A stretch of DNA of 64,000 bases from Dehalococcoidia bacterium (GCA_965222895.1 CBDCVB010000001.1:105884-169883), one strand, 5' to 3'; numbered from the stretch's first letter, positions 41,623-51,398 are shown. The notes: generated from the letters alone by a model not told the origin. Program-made: numbers and translations.

Positions 41623-43380
41623 TTAGCGCCGTCCGAACTCCCGTTCCAGCTGATACTCGGAGAAGTGGATAACGGTTGGGCGCCCGTGGGGGCAGTGGTG
41701 GGGTTCCGGGGTTGCTTCCAGTTGCACCAGCAGGGCTGCCATCTCTTCAGTTGCCAGAGTCATGCCGGCCCGGACGGAGCCGTGGCAGGCGATGGTGGCG
41801 GCCAGGGCGTCCTGACGCTCCATGATCACCTGCTCCAGAGCGACGGCATCCAGCAGGGCGATTAGCGCCTGCACCGGATCGGCGCTGTTGGCGGCCAGCT
41901 GGGGCGGTACGGCGCGCAGCAGCCAGGCATTGTCTCCGAAGGGTTCGAGATCGAATCCGGAGACTGCGAGCAGCTCGGAATATTCCTGCAACGTGTCCTG
42001 CTGGCTGAAGGTTAGCTCGGCGGGAGTTGGAACGAGCAGCGGTTGCGAGGTGCGCTCCTGGCTGGCCCACTGCTGTTGCAGGCGGTCGTAAACGACGCGT
42101 TCGTGGGCGGCGTGCTGGTCGATAAGGTACATGCCACCCTCGCCCTCGGCGACGATGTAAGTTTGGCGAATCTGGCCGACGACGCGCAGGGTGGCCAGGG
42201 TCTGGCGGAGCGGTACGAGTTGAGTCGGCGAGGCGGTGGGCAGAGACGAAGGGTTTGGGTCGGGAGGCGGGTTGTGGTTTGGCCCCGATTGGCGGGGCGC
42301 TAGTATCCGGGGGCCAGCGGCGGTATTAGCGGCGGGTGCGTTAGGCCGGGCGGGCAGCGGTTGGCTTGACGTGTGTTGGGCGGGTCGAGCGGGCGCATGA
42401 GCGAGCAGGGCGTCGCGGACGGCGCGCTGGACGGTGGAGAAGATGCGGGACTCCTGGCGAAAGCGCACCTCGCGTTTGGTGGGATGGGAGTTCACATCGA
42501 CGCGTTCGGGCGGGAGGATGAGGTTGACGACGGCCAGCGGGTAGCGGCGCTCAGGGAGGACGCCCTGGTAGGCTTGCTCGATGGCGTACAGCACGGAGCG
42601 GTCGTAGACCCAACGGTGGTTGACCAGCAGAGTCAGCCAGGAGCGATTGTGGCGGGTTAGTTCGGGTGCGCTGGCGTAGCCATCCACGGTTACGTCGCCA
42701 TCGACCAGGTAGACGGGCAGCATACGGGCGGCGACCTCGGCGCCGTAGATGGCGAGAATGGTTTCCTGGAGGCGGTGGCTGCCGGGGGTGTCGATTATCC
42801 GCCGGTCGTCGGCGGTGAGCGTGAACCGGACTGCCGGGTAGGCGAGGGCATAACGGGTGACCACATCCTGGATGCGTGAGGTTTCGGCGGCGTGGGAGCG
42901 GAGAAAGCTGCGCCGGGCGGGCAGGTTGCCAAAGAGCTCGACCACGTGGACGGTGGTGCCGACGGGACAACCCAACTCGGTGGAACCGACGCGCTCGCCA
43001 TACCGGAATTCGATGCGGGTTCCGGCATCGGTTTCGGGCGGGCGGCTGGTGAGGGTTACTCGGGCAACGGCGGCGATGCTGGGGAGAGCTTCGCCGCGGA
43101 AGCCGAGGGTTGCCACGGTGTCGAGGTCGGCGGCGGTGGTGAGCTTACTGGTAGCGTGGTGGGCAAATGCGAGATCGACTTCGGGGGCCGGGATACCGCA
43201 GCCGTCGTCGGAGATGCGGATTTCGGCCACGCCGCCCTGTTGGATGGATATGTCGATGCGGGTTGCGCCAGCGTCCAGCGAATTTTCCAGGAGTTCCTTG
43301 ACCACTGAGGCGGGGCGTTCGACTACTTCGCCCGCAGCGATCTGGGCGGACACATCGGGCGCGAGTTGCTGGATTGGCAT
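41623..43380 (-). CDS. mutL: DNA mismatch repair endonuclease MutL
   Basis: IAAGEVVERP, GFRGEAL, DQHAAHER, ACH, CPHGRP. Confidence 0.97.
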   Translation of the reverse strand: MPIQQLAPDVSAQIAAGEVVERPASVVKELLENSLDAGATRIDISIQQGGVAEIRISDDGCGIPAPEVDLAFAHHATSKLTTAADLDTVATLGFRGEALPSIAAVARVTLTSRPPETDAGTRIEFRYGERVGSTELGCPVGTTVHVVELFGNLPARRSFLRSHAAETSRIQDVVTRYALAYPAVRFTLTADDRRIIDTPGSHRLQETILAIYGAEVAARMLPVYLVDGDVTVDGYASAPELTRHNRSWLTLLVNHRWVYDRSVLYAIEQAYQGVLPERRYPLAVVNLILPPERVDVNSHPTKREVRFRQESRIFSTVQRAVRDALLAHAPARPAQHTSSQPLPARPNAPAANTAAGPRILAPRQSGPNHNPPPDPNPSSLPTASPTQLVPLRQTLATLRVVGQIRQTYIVAEGEGGMYLIDQHAAHERVVYDRLQQQWASQERTSQPLLVPTPAELTFSQQDTLQEYSELLAVSGFDLEPFGDNAWLLRAVPPQLAANSADPVQALIALLDAVALEQVIMERQDALAATIACHGSVRAGMTLATEEMAALLVQLEATPEPHHCPHGRPTVIHFSEYQLEREFGRR

Positions 43381-43454
43381 CGGTGGTGTGGCGATGGGAA
43401 CGTCAACTCACGGGCTGACGCTGGGCGTCGGCGACGGTGGGTGTCGGACGGTGT

Positions 43455-43892
43455 TCAGAAGAGGGGGACTCTGGTGCCCTTGGCGCGGTACTGGCGGTCT
43501 TCCGAGTCGCCGGTTTGGGTGAAGTCGCAGATGATGCGGTAGATGCGATCCATCTCATGGTCGACGCTGCGGGAGAAGAAGTAGGGTGGCACCCAGACCC
43601 CGCCGAATGCCGCTACGATTTCGGGGTAGTCGTCGATGACGAATTCGGGTTCGACGGGGATTTTCAGCTCGACCAGCCGGTCATGGTAGTGGTGGGTGGG
43701 TTTTTCGTAGACGCCGCTGACAAAGCGTTTCAGTTCGTGCTTTTCGATGACTTCCCAGCGTTCGCCCATGCCTGACCAGATGTAGATTTCGTGGCCGTCG
43801 TCGAGCAGTTGCTGGAAGGTTTCGGTGGTGCCGGGGCGGAGTGTGTCGTCGAGCCCAAGGATAGTATAGTCAACGTCGAAGAAGATTTTCAT
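43455..43892 (-). CDS. Small HAD-superfamily protein
   Basis: IFFDVDYT motif I, IWS, K, IDD. Confidence 0.7.
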   Translation of the reverse strand: MKIFFDVDYTILGLDDTLRPGTTETFQQLLDDGHEIYIWSGMGERWEVIEKHELKRFVSGVYEKPTHHYHDRLVELKIPVEPEFVIDDYPEIVAAFGGVWVPPYFFSRSVDHEMDRIYRIICDFTQTGDSEDRQYRAKGTRVPLF

Positions 43893-43962
43893 AGTCGGAA
43901 AGATGCCCTCTGGATGGAAGATGCCCTCTGCGTGGATGGTTGTTATCGGCCGGCGGTTTGGG

Positions 43963-44325
43963 TCAGGCGGCCAGCGCCGCGGTGACGGCCTTGAGGTTGG
44001 CGCCGATGAGCAGGCGGTCGCCGAGGTGGATGATGGGACGGCGGACGAAGCGAGGTTCCTCCAGCATCAGCTCGATTTTGCGTTCGTCGGACAGGTCGGC
44101 AGCGACGAGACCCATCTTTTTGAGGGACGGGCTGCGGCTGGCGAACAGACCGGTGACGCCGGCGTCGCCGCTCTCGTCAATCAGGGCGCGCAGTTCAGCC
44201 TCAGTGAATGGGTCTTTGAAGTAGTCGCGCTCTGCGACGGCGATACCGTTTTGCACGAGCAACTCTCGCACCTTACGGCAGCTGCTTCAACGGGGCCACC
44301 AATAAAGTGTTGCGGCGGTAGTCAT
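43963..44325 (-). CDS. ArsC/Spx-family selenoprotein (Sec at TGA 44287-44289)
   Basis: In frame MTTAATLYWWPR-U-SSCRKVRELL; PRFVRRPI motif; hairpin after UGA. Confidence 0.82.
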
Positions 44326-44449
44326 AATAGACCTCGGCAAGTGTCGATTCCGGGTACGGCAGGTTGCATAATTGTATACCCTGGGCCTGGCTAAACATAA
44401 GTGGTTTGCTGGCGGGGTTGGAAAGGTTGGACGGGTGTGGAGGGGCCGA

Positions 44450-44483
44450 GTTTTGCATGGATGGACAGGATGGACAGGATTTT
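44450..44483 (-). repeat. Family B strand-oriented repeat
   Basis: GTTTTGCATGGATGGACAGGATGGACAGGATTTT, 10 bp past the mutS stop. Confidence 0.78.
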
Positions 44484-44493
44484 GTTGACCGGA

Positions 44494-47130
44494 TTAGTTG
44501 GGTTCGGGGCGTTGGCGGGCCTGCTCCTGTAGTTCGTAGAGCTTGTTGATGGCTTCCAGCGGGGTGAGGTTGGCGATGTCCACCTGCATTACGGCGTCTG
44601 CCAGGGCATCGTCGGCGGCGCCGAACAGTGGCATCGGGAGCTGGGGAGACGGCTGCGATCTCCTGCGGCCGGCCCGGCCGCGGCGGTGGCCGGCGTACTG
44701 TTCGGATTCCAGGGCGGCCAGCAGTTCCTGCGCACGATTGACGACGGCTTTGGGCATACCCGCCAGGTTGGCGACATACACGCCGTAGGAGCGGTCGGCG
44801 CCGCCGGGGACGATGCGACGCAGGAAGGCGACCTGCCCGTCATCCTCGGATACGGCCACGCGATAGTTGCGAACGCCGGGGAGCGTGGCGGCCAGGTCGG
44901 CCAGCTCATGGTAGTGGGTGGCGAAGAGAGTTTTGCAGCCAAGTCGCGGGTTGTTGTGCAGGTATTCCACCACGGCGTGGGCGATGGACAGGCCGTCGTA
45001 GGTGCTGGTGCCACGCCCGATTTCATCGAGGATGACGAGCGAGCGGTGGGTAGCCTGATTGAGGATGGCGGCGGTTTCGACCATCTCGACCATAAAGGTT
45101 GACTGTCCGGTGGCGAGGTCGTCCTGCAGGCCGACGCGGGTAAAGATGCGGTCGACGAGGCCGATTTCGGCGGAGGCTGCGGGGACGAAGCTGCCCAGCT
45201 GGGCCATCAGGACGATGAGGGCAACTTGCCGGATGTAGGTGGATTTGCCGGCCATGTTGGGGCCGGTGATTACCATAATCTGGGCGTCATCGGAATCGAG
45301 CACGGCGTCATTGGGGACGAAGGCGCCGGTGTCCAGGACGCGTTCCACCACCGGATGGCGGCCATCGGTGATGCGGATGGCGTGCCCGTCGCTGAGGGTC
45401 GGGCGGACGTAGCCGTGCCGGACGGCGATGCTGGCCAGACTGACGAAGACATCGGTGCGGGCGATGGCATTGGCGAGGCGTGAGATGGCCGGCCCGTTGT
45501 CCGCGATTTGCCGGCAGACCTGGCGGTAGAGGGTACGTTCCAGGTCGTCCAGCCGTTCGCGGGCATCGAGTACCTGGCTCTCATACTCCTTGAGTTCGGG
45601 GGTGATATACCGCTCGCCGGTGGTGAGCGTTTGGCGGCGCTGGTAATCGTCGGGCACGGCGGTCAGGTTGGAGCGGGAGATTTCGATGTAGTAGCCGAAA
45701 ACCTGGTTGTAGCCGACGCGCAGGTTGCGGATGCCGGTGCGTTCGCGCTCGCGGGCTTCCATGCTGGCGATGTAGCTGCGGGCGTCGCGGGCGAGGGTGC
45801 GGAGGCGATCCAGTTCGGGAGAGAAGCCTTCGCGAATCACGTTGCCTTCACCGATTTGGCCAGAGGGTTCCGGGGCGATGGCCTGTTCGATGAGGGCTTC
45901 GACTTCGGGCAGGGGACGCAACTCGGATGACAGCCAGGACACGGCTGAGACGTCGGGTGAGGCCAGAACCTGGGCCAGTTTCCGGGTGGCGGCGAGGCTG
46001 CGATGCAGCGCCAGCAGATCCCGCGGCGGGGCGGTTTGGGTCTGGATGCGGCTCAGGATGCGTTCGATGTCGGAGATGTTGGCGAGGGTTTCGGTTGCGT
46101 CGCTGCGGCGGAAGGCGTCGTCGTAGAAGAACTGCACGCCATCCTGGCGGCGCTGAAGGCGTTCCAGGTCCAGCAGGGGTTGACCTACCCAACGACGGAG
46201 CAGTCGCGCGCCCAGCGGGGTGCGGGTGTTGTCCAGGGCGGAGAGGAGCGACCAATCGGTGGAGTCCCAGCGGCCGGCCTCGTACAGTTCCAGGTTGCGG
46301 CGAGTCTGGGGGTCGAGGGTCATGTGCGACGCCGTGTTGTAGGTGGACAGAGGGTTGAGTTGGGGCTGCTCGCCCTTGTACGCGTACTGAAGGTAATCGA
46401 CGATGGCGCCGGCGGCTCGGACGGCGAAGGGCATGGATTCGACGCCATAGGCTTCCAGGGTGGCAACGCCGTAGTAATCCAGCAGGGTGCGGCGGGCGAC
46501 TTCGGGATTGAAGGCAGCGGCGTCCACCGGAGTGGTAATCAGGTTTGGGTTGCCGGCGGTAATCAAGGAGGGCGGGTCGTCCCCGGATGAGTGTTGGTTG
46601 GCGGGAACTAACACCTCGGACGGCTGGATCCGCGCGATTTCCAGCGGGAGGCGGTCGATGGGGACCTGGGCGGCGATGAACTCGCCGGTGGTTACGTCCA
46701 CGTAGGCCAGGCCGGCCTGGGTTTCGTCGGCGCAGACGGCGGCAAGGTAGTTGTTGGCGTTGTTGTCGAGGAGGGTGGATTCGAGGACGGTGCCGGGGGT
46801 TACGACCCGGACAACGCCGCGCTCAACCAGACCTTTGGAAAGAGCCGGGTCGCTGAGCTGCTCGCAGATGGCGACTTTGTGCCCCTTGCGAATCAGGCGG
46901 GCCAGGTTGGCTTCCAGCGACACGGCGGGGACGCCGGCCATGGGGATGCGCGTGTCCTTGCCCATAGTGCGGCTGGTGAGGGCGATTTCCAGCGCATCGG
47001 ACAGGGTGCGGGCGTCGTCGTCAAAAGACTCGTAAAAATCTCCCATCCGAAACAGCAGCACGGCATCCTGGTAGGAATGCTTAATGGTCAGGTATTGACG
47101 GCGGACGGGGGTGAGGCGGGTGGTAGCCAT
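44494..47130 (-). CDS. mutS: DNA mismatch repair protein MutS
   Basis: FRMGDFYE, GPNMAGKST, STFMVEM, DEIGRGTST, FATHYHEL. Confidence 0.98.
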   Translation of the reverse strand: MATTRLTPVRRQYLTIKHSYQDAVLLFRMGDFYESFDDDARTLSDALEIALTSRTMGKDTRIPMAGVPAVSLEANLARLIRKGHKVAICEQLSDPALSKGLVERGVVRVVTPGTVLESTLLDNNANNYLAAVCADETQAGLAYVDVTTGEFIAAQVPIDRLPLEIARIQPSEVLVPANQHSSGDDPPSLITAGNPNLITTPVDAAAFNPEVARRTLLDYYGVATLEAYGVESMPFAVRAAGAIVDYLQYAYKGEQPQLNPLSTYNTASHMTLDPQTRRNLELYEAGRWDSTDWSLLSALDNTRTPLGARLLRRWVGQPLLDLERLQRRQDGVQFFYDDAFRRSDATETLANISDIERILSRIQTQTAPPRDLLALHRSLAATRKLAQVLASPDVSAVSWLSSELRPLPEVEALIEQAIAPEPSGQIGEGNVIREGFSPELDRLRTLARDARSYIASMEARERERTGIRNLRVGYNQVFGYYIEISRSNLTAVPDDYQRRQTLTTGERYITPELKEYESQVLDARERLDDLERTLYRQVCRQIADNGPAISRLANAIARTDVFVSLASIAVRHGYVRPTLSDGHAIRITDGRHPVVERVLDTGAFVPNDAVLDSDDAQIMVITGPNMAGKSTYIRQVALIVLMAQLGSFVPAASAEIGLVDRIFTRVGLQDDLATGQSTFMVEMVETAAILNQATHRSLVILDEIGRGTSTYDGLSIAHAVVEYLHNNPRLGCKTLFATHYHELADLAATLPGVRNYRVAVSEDDGQVAFLRRIVPGGADRSYGVYVANLAGMPKAVVNRAQELLAALESEQYAGHRRGRAGRRRSQPSPQLPMPLFGAADDALADAVMQVDIANLTPLEAINKLYELQEQARQRPEPN

Positions 47131-47200
47131 AGGGCGATTTTACCGCATGGGACGGGATGGCTGCCGTTGGTTTTGGGACTATTCGGGGCGTCGCCGGCGG

Positions 47201-47542
47201 TTACGCTTCCTGCCCGACAATGTCTTCCAGTTGGCGGATTAGCAGGGGCAGCTCGTCCTGGATAGCCAGCCACAGGATGTTGTAGTTGATTTCGTCAAAC
47301 TGGTGGATTAGAACATTGCGAAAATCCGCTGCTCCCTGCCATTCAAATTCGGGATTATTGGTTCGGAACTCCTCAGGGATACGCGCGGAGGCTTCGCCGA
47401 AAATTTCCATCAGGTGGGTCAGCAGCATGGCGAATTCCCGGTCGGTGTCCAAATCGGCGCGGGAACGGCCGGCGGCCAACTCGCGAGCCTCCCGTGCGTG
47501 ACTAATCATATGTTGAATGGACGCCAGTGGGTCATACGGCAT
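47201..47542 (-). CDS. HepT-like HEPN (DUF86) RNase toxin, copy 1
   Basis: EIFGEAS, RNVLIH (Rx4H), ILW..I..ELP.L. Confidence 0.88.
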   Translation of the reverse strand: MPYDPLASIQHMISHAREARELAAGRSRADLDTDREFAMLLTHLMEIFGEASARIPEEFRTNNPEFEWQGAADFRNVLIHQFDEINYNILWLAIQDELPLLIRQLEDIVGQEA

Positions 47543-47828
47543 AGATGTTCTGGGCCTCCGACAGGGCTTGCTGCTTAAAGGTCGGGTTCATCGCCTCTGA
47601 GGTACGCAAGTCGACGTCATGGCCGAGGAATTTCCCCAGTTCGCGCTGCATTCTGACAAACGCAAAGCCGCCGGGGGTGTGATTGGGGGCATACTCCACC
47701 AGCACTTTGACACGGTATTCCGGGTAGGAATCCGGCACGGCGTCGCCCAGCAAGGCGAGGCGGGTGATGTGATTGCTGAGGCAGAATTTGGCAATCTGTT
47801 CTTTTGGAATAGTGATGTTTGCGCTCAT
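47532..47828 (-). CDS. MntA-like minimal nucleotidyltransferase, degenerate active site, copy 1
   Basis: IAKFC..HITRLALLG..VLVE..LG..VDLRT; overlaps the HEPN gene; GS/DxD absent. Confidence 0.8.
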   Translation of the reverse strand: MSANITIPKEQIAKFCLSNHITRLALLGDAVPDSYPEYRVKVLVEYAPNHTPGGFAFVRMQRELGKFLGHDVDLRTSEAMNPTFKQQALSEAQNIYAV

Positions 47829-48057
47829 ACTGATGCTCCTGGATTGGCTAACTTTGTTCTGCCTGCGGTGATGGGCCCGGTGCGGCGGCTTCTATTATGC
47901 GGGGCACTTTAGCGGAATGCCCAGGGCTACAAGGGATTAGGCTATTCCCCGTAGGGGCGGACGGGGGTGAGGCGAGCGGTTGGCATGGGGCGATTCTACC
48001 GCATGGGACGGGATGGCTGCCGTTGGTTTTGGGACTATTCCGGGGCGTTGCCGGCGG

Positions 48058-48399
48058 TTACGTTTCCTGCCCGACAATGGCTTCCAGTTGGCGGATTAGC
48101 AGAGGCAGCTCTTCTCGAACGATTTGCCACAGGATGTTGTAGTTGATTTCGTCGAACTGATGGATTAGGACATTTCGGAGATCCGCTGCGTCCTGCCACT
48201 CAAATTCGGGATACTTCTCCCGGAACTCCCCAGGGACACGAGCTGATGCTTCACCGAAAATTTCCATCAGGTGTGTAATCAGCATGACGAATTCCCGGTT
48301 GGTGTCCAAATCGGCGCGGGAACGGCCGGCAACCAAGACTCGAGTCTCCCGAGCGTGATTCATCATGTGGTGAATGGACACCAGTGGGTCATGCGGCAT
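48058..48399 (-). CDS. HepT-like HEPN (DUF86) RNase toxin, copy 2
   Basis: RNVLIH; paralog of 47201-47542. Confidence 0.88.
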   Translation of the reverse strand: MPHDPLVSIHHMMNHARETRVLVAGRSRADLDTNREFVMLITHLMEIFGEASARVPGEFREKYPEFEWQDAADLRNVLIHQFDEINYNILWQIVREELPLLIRQLEAIVGQET

Positions 48400-48682
48400 A
48401 GATGTTCTGGGCCTCCGACAGGGCTTGCTGCTTAAAGTCCGGGTTCATCGCCTCTGAGGTGCGCAAGTCTACGTCATGGCCGATGATTTTTCCCAGTTCG
48501 CGTTGCATTCGGAAGAATGCCAGGCCGGGAGTATGCTCCGGGTCAAATTCTACTAGCACTTTGACACGGTATTCCGGGTAGGAATCCGGCACGGCGTCGC
48601 CCAGCAGAGCCAGGCGGGTGATGTGATTGCTGAGGCAGAATTTGGCAATCTGTTCTTTTGGAATAGTGATGTTTGCGCTCAT
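48389..48682 (-). CDS. MntA-like minimal nucleotidyltransferase, degenerate active site, copy 2
   Basis: Paralog of 47532-47828. Confidence 0.8.
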   Translation of the reverse strand: MSANITIPKEQIAKFCLSNHITRLALLGDAVPDSYPEYRVKVLVEFDPEHTPGLAFFRMQRELGKIIGHDVDLRTSEAMNPDFKQQALSEAQNIYAA

Positions 48683-49049
48683 GCTGATGCTCCTGGATTG
48701 GCTAACTTTGTTCTGCCTGCGGTGATGGGCCCGGTGCGGCGGCTTCTATTATGCGGGGCGCTTTAGCAGAATGCCTAGTCTATAAGGGCTTAGGCTATTC
48801 CCCGTAGTGGCGGCCAGTTACTGAGGGTTCGGCGGCCAGGTGGCGGCGGATGGTTGACATGGGAGGATTTACTCCATGTCGGGGGAGGTTGCCTGCTATT
48901 TATGGGCCGTTTTGCTGCACTGACTGAGTTAGTGGCGGCGCTGATTTTGGCGAGAGTTGCAGCCATGTCCAGTCCATCGTAGGATGGGTTCATCATTACA
49001 TAACAATCGGGCATGGGAACGGCTGGTTGCTGTTCTTGGAGCAGATAAT

Positions 49050-51311
49050 ATGGACGGGATTAACATTGACAGGTTCTTGGCGCGGCTGAATGAATTCGAT
49101 GCGCTGCGGGCCGATGATACGATAATGAGGGGCATTGTTGAGCGCATTGAGCCGGTATTCGCGGACGAATGGCCTATGCAATTGGATTCATCGGTTCGCG
49201 ATGCGCTGAACCGTAATGGGATCCTCCGGCCATACCAACACCAGGTCGATGCCATCAGCAAGTCGTTGAGCGGTGCGGATGTGGTCATGGAATCTCCTAC
49301 CGCCAGCGGCAAGACCTTGGCGTTCACCGCGCCGATGCTCAACTCATTAGTGCGTAACGAGGGTTCTCATGCCATGATGATTTACCCGATGAAGGCATTG
49401 GCCTTCGATCAGCGCGCGCAAATCGAGCAACTCTGCGAACCACTTTCTGTTCAATCATGGCCTTATGATGGTGACACGCCGGATGATGTCAAAAAACTAT
49501 TGCGGGAAAGTCCGCCCCAGATTTTGCTGACCAATCCCGAATATCTGAATATGTCCTTTTTGGGTTGGAAGGAACAGTGGGGAGGCTTTTTGAGTGACCT
49601 TCGGTATGTAGTTATTGACGAAATGCACGAATACCGTGGCTTTTTCGGCAGCAACATGGCACTCTTGTTGCGGCGGTTCTTTCTGCACTTGAATCGTATT
49701 GGATCTACGCCCCGGGTATTCTTGTCAACGGCGACCTGCGCCAACCCGGTGGAGCACGCCAGAGCGCTAACCGGACGGGATGTAGAAGTAGTGTCTGCCA
49801 GAAACGTACTGCGTCCAAAACGGCATTTTATTTTCGTCGAGCCGGCTATTCCAGACTTCAGGTACCGGGATATTCTCCGTCTGCGTGTTGAGCAGGCTGC
49901 GCTGACAGTTCTGGACGAGGGATTACATACGCTGGTGTTTTGTCCGACGAAGCGATTCCTTGAGGAAGCCTTCCGCAATTGCCGGCGTGCGGCAGCTGAT
50001 CGTGGCTTGGACGCGGACAAGATTTCCGCCTTTCACGCTGATTTGAAGAACGATAGTCGTCAGGATATACAACAGAAAATCAAGTCGGGAGACATCAACG
50101 TAGTGTTCACGACCAATGCCTTGGAGTTGGGGCTGGACATTGGCGGATTAGATGGCGTCATTTTGGCTGGATTCCCCCCTAGCACTATGTCGGCATGGCA
50201 GCAGATTGGGCGCGCCGGCCGTAGCTGGGATAAAGATGCCTTTGTCTTGTTTTATGCCATGAACGACCCGATTGACCGATTTTTTGTGGGCAACTTGGAT
50301 GCCTTTCTAAACAAGCCTTTCGATGAACTAGTGGTTGACCCGACCAACGAGGAGTTGATTGACAATCATCTGGCTCCGCTGGCTGCGGAAACCGGCGGGG
50401 AAGTGTATCCATCGGAAGAATCCATACTGGGCAGCTCATTCTATGATGCTGCGAGAAAGGACTCCGGCAAAGTGCCCAAAGGTTTCCGCCCTCATCCGCG
50501 TTTGAACATCAGGGGAGGTATCGGGCAGTCTTATGAGCTGAGAAGGGGTAACGAGGAATTAGGACAAATCTCAGCTATGCGGCGATTTCGCGAAGCATAC
50601 ATCGGTGCTATTTTCCCGTTTTTCGGTCAGAAGTACCGTGTGCATTCGCATGAGGAAAAAGCTGTTGTCCTAACCGAGGCTGAGTCGAACCTGAGAACTG
50701 ATGCCAGGTTTTACACCGTACTATCTCAAACTGAAATTTTCGATGGATGGGGGTATGGAGATATAGAGGCACTTTACGGGTCGCTGAACATCGTGACGAA
50801 TTTTATTGGCTATAAGCTCGTAGAGGAAAGTAGCGGTGAAGTCAAAGGCGAGGGTGGAAGTCAAGACGCCCTTTTCATGAACAATATTCACGCTTTTTGG
50901 GTTAATGTCCCGGAAAATGCTGCAGCTGCCGCCGGGATCGGCGCGGTGGAGCACATGATTCGCGTCGGTGCAATGTTCGTGATTCCAGCAGACAGGTTTG
51001 ATACCAGCACATACTCTAAAACTGGCGACGCCCCTGCGGCTTTCTATTATGAAAACTATCGGGGTGGCATTGGCATGGCCAAGAAGTTGTTCGAGGTATG
51101 GCCAATTGCCCTAGCGGAGGGAGTTGAGATTGCCCGCAATTGCGCCTGTCGGTTAGGTTGCCAGAATTGCATTGAGCCGGCAAAGTCGTACAACATTAGC
51201 AACGCGGACATAGATAAAGTGCGCGGCATTGAACTGGCGACGTACCTGATGGAGGCTGTAGAAAGCGGACCTGACCACAAATTCCACAACGGGCGGATGG
51301 TTCGGTTGTAG
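49050..51311 (+). CDS. DEAH-box helicase with C-terminal DUF1998/Zn domain (MrfA/Hrq1/SftH-like)
   Basis: PTASGKT, YPMKALA.DQ, DEMH, TAT, ALELGLDIG, QQIGRAGR, C-x-C-x3-C-x2-C; start set at ATG 49050. Confidence 0.88.
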   Translation: MDGINIDRFLARLNEFDALRADDTIMRGIVERIEPVFADEWPMQLDSSVRDALNRNGILRPYQHQVDAISKSLSGADVVMESPTASGKTLAFTAPMLNSLVRNEGSHAMMIYPMKALAFDQRAQIEQLCEPLSVQSWPYDGDTPDDVKKLLRESPPQILLTNPEYLNMSFLGWKEQWGGFLSDLRYVVIDEMHEYRGFFGSNMALLLRRFFLHLNRIGSTPRVFLSTATCANPVEHARALTGRDVEVVSARNVLRPKRHFIFVEPAIPDFRYRDILRLRVEQAALTVLDEGLHTLVFCPTKRFLEEAFRNCRRAAADRGLDADKISAFHADLKNDSRQDIQQKIKSGDINVVFTTNALELGLDIGGLDGVILAGFPPSTMSAWQQIGRAGRSWDKDAFVLFYAMNDPIDRFFVGNLDAFLNKPFDELVVDPTNEELIDNHLAPLAAETGGEVYPSEESILGSSFYDAARKDSGKVPKGFRPHPRLNIRGGIGQSYELRRGNEELGQISAMRRFREAYIGAIFPFFGQKYRVHSHEEKAVVLTEAESNLRTDARFYTVLSQTEIFDGWGYGDIEALYGSLNIVTNFIGYKLVEESSGEVKGEGGSQDALFMNNIHAFWVNVPENAAAAAGIGAVEHMIRVGAMFVIPADRFDTSTYSKTGDAPAAFYYENYRGGIGMAKKLFEVWPIALAEGVEIARNCACRLGCQNCIEPAKSYNISNADIDKVRGIELATYLMEAVESGPDHKFHNGRMVRL

Positions 51312-51398
51312 AGTCCGGTCGGGCAATGTGAAGCTATCAAAAGAAGGGTTGGGTATCAACAACCCACCCCCTACTAAGCTGACGATAATAGATGGGGA

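Larger units (their letters stand above)
47100..48808. repeat. About 855-bp tandem duplication (47100-47955 and 47956-48808)
   Basis: Each unit carries the mutS 5' end, HEPN, MNT and upstream DNA; GGCGG at all three junctions. Confidence 0.9.

Noticed and set aside
44287-44289. UGA reassigned to Trp/Gly genome-wide
   Set aside because: TGA terminates many normal genes here (fabG, pncA, pyrB, cbiC); read-through is implied only at CxxC positions.
47100-51311. Integrative element using mutS as attB
   Set aside because: No integrase; GGCGG microhomology at all junctions is explained more simply by local tandem duplication.
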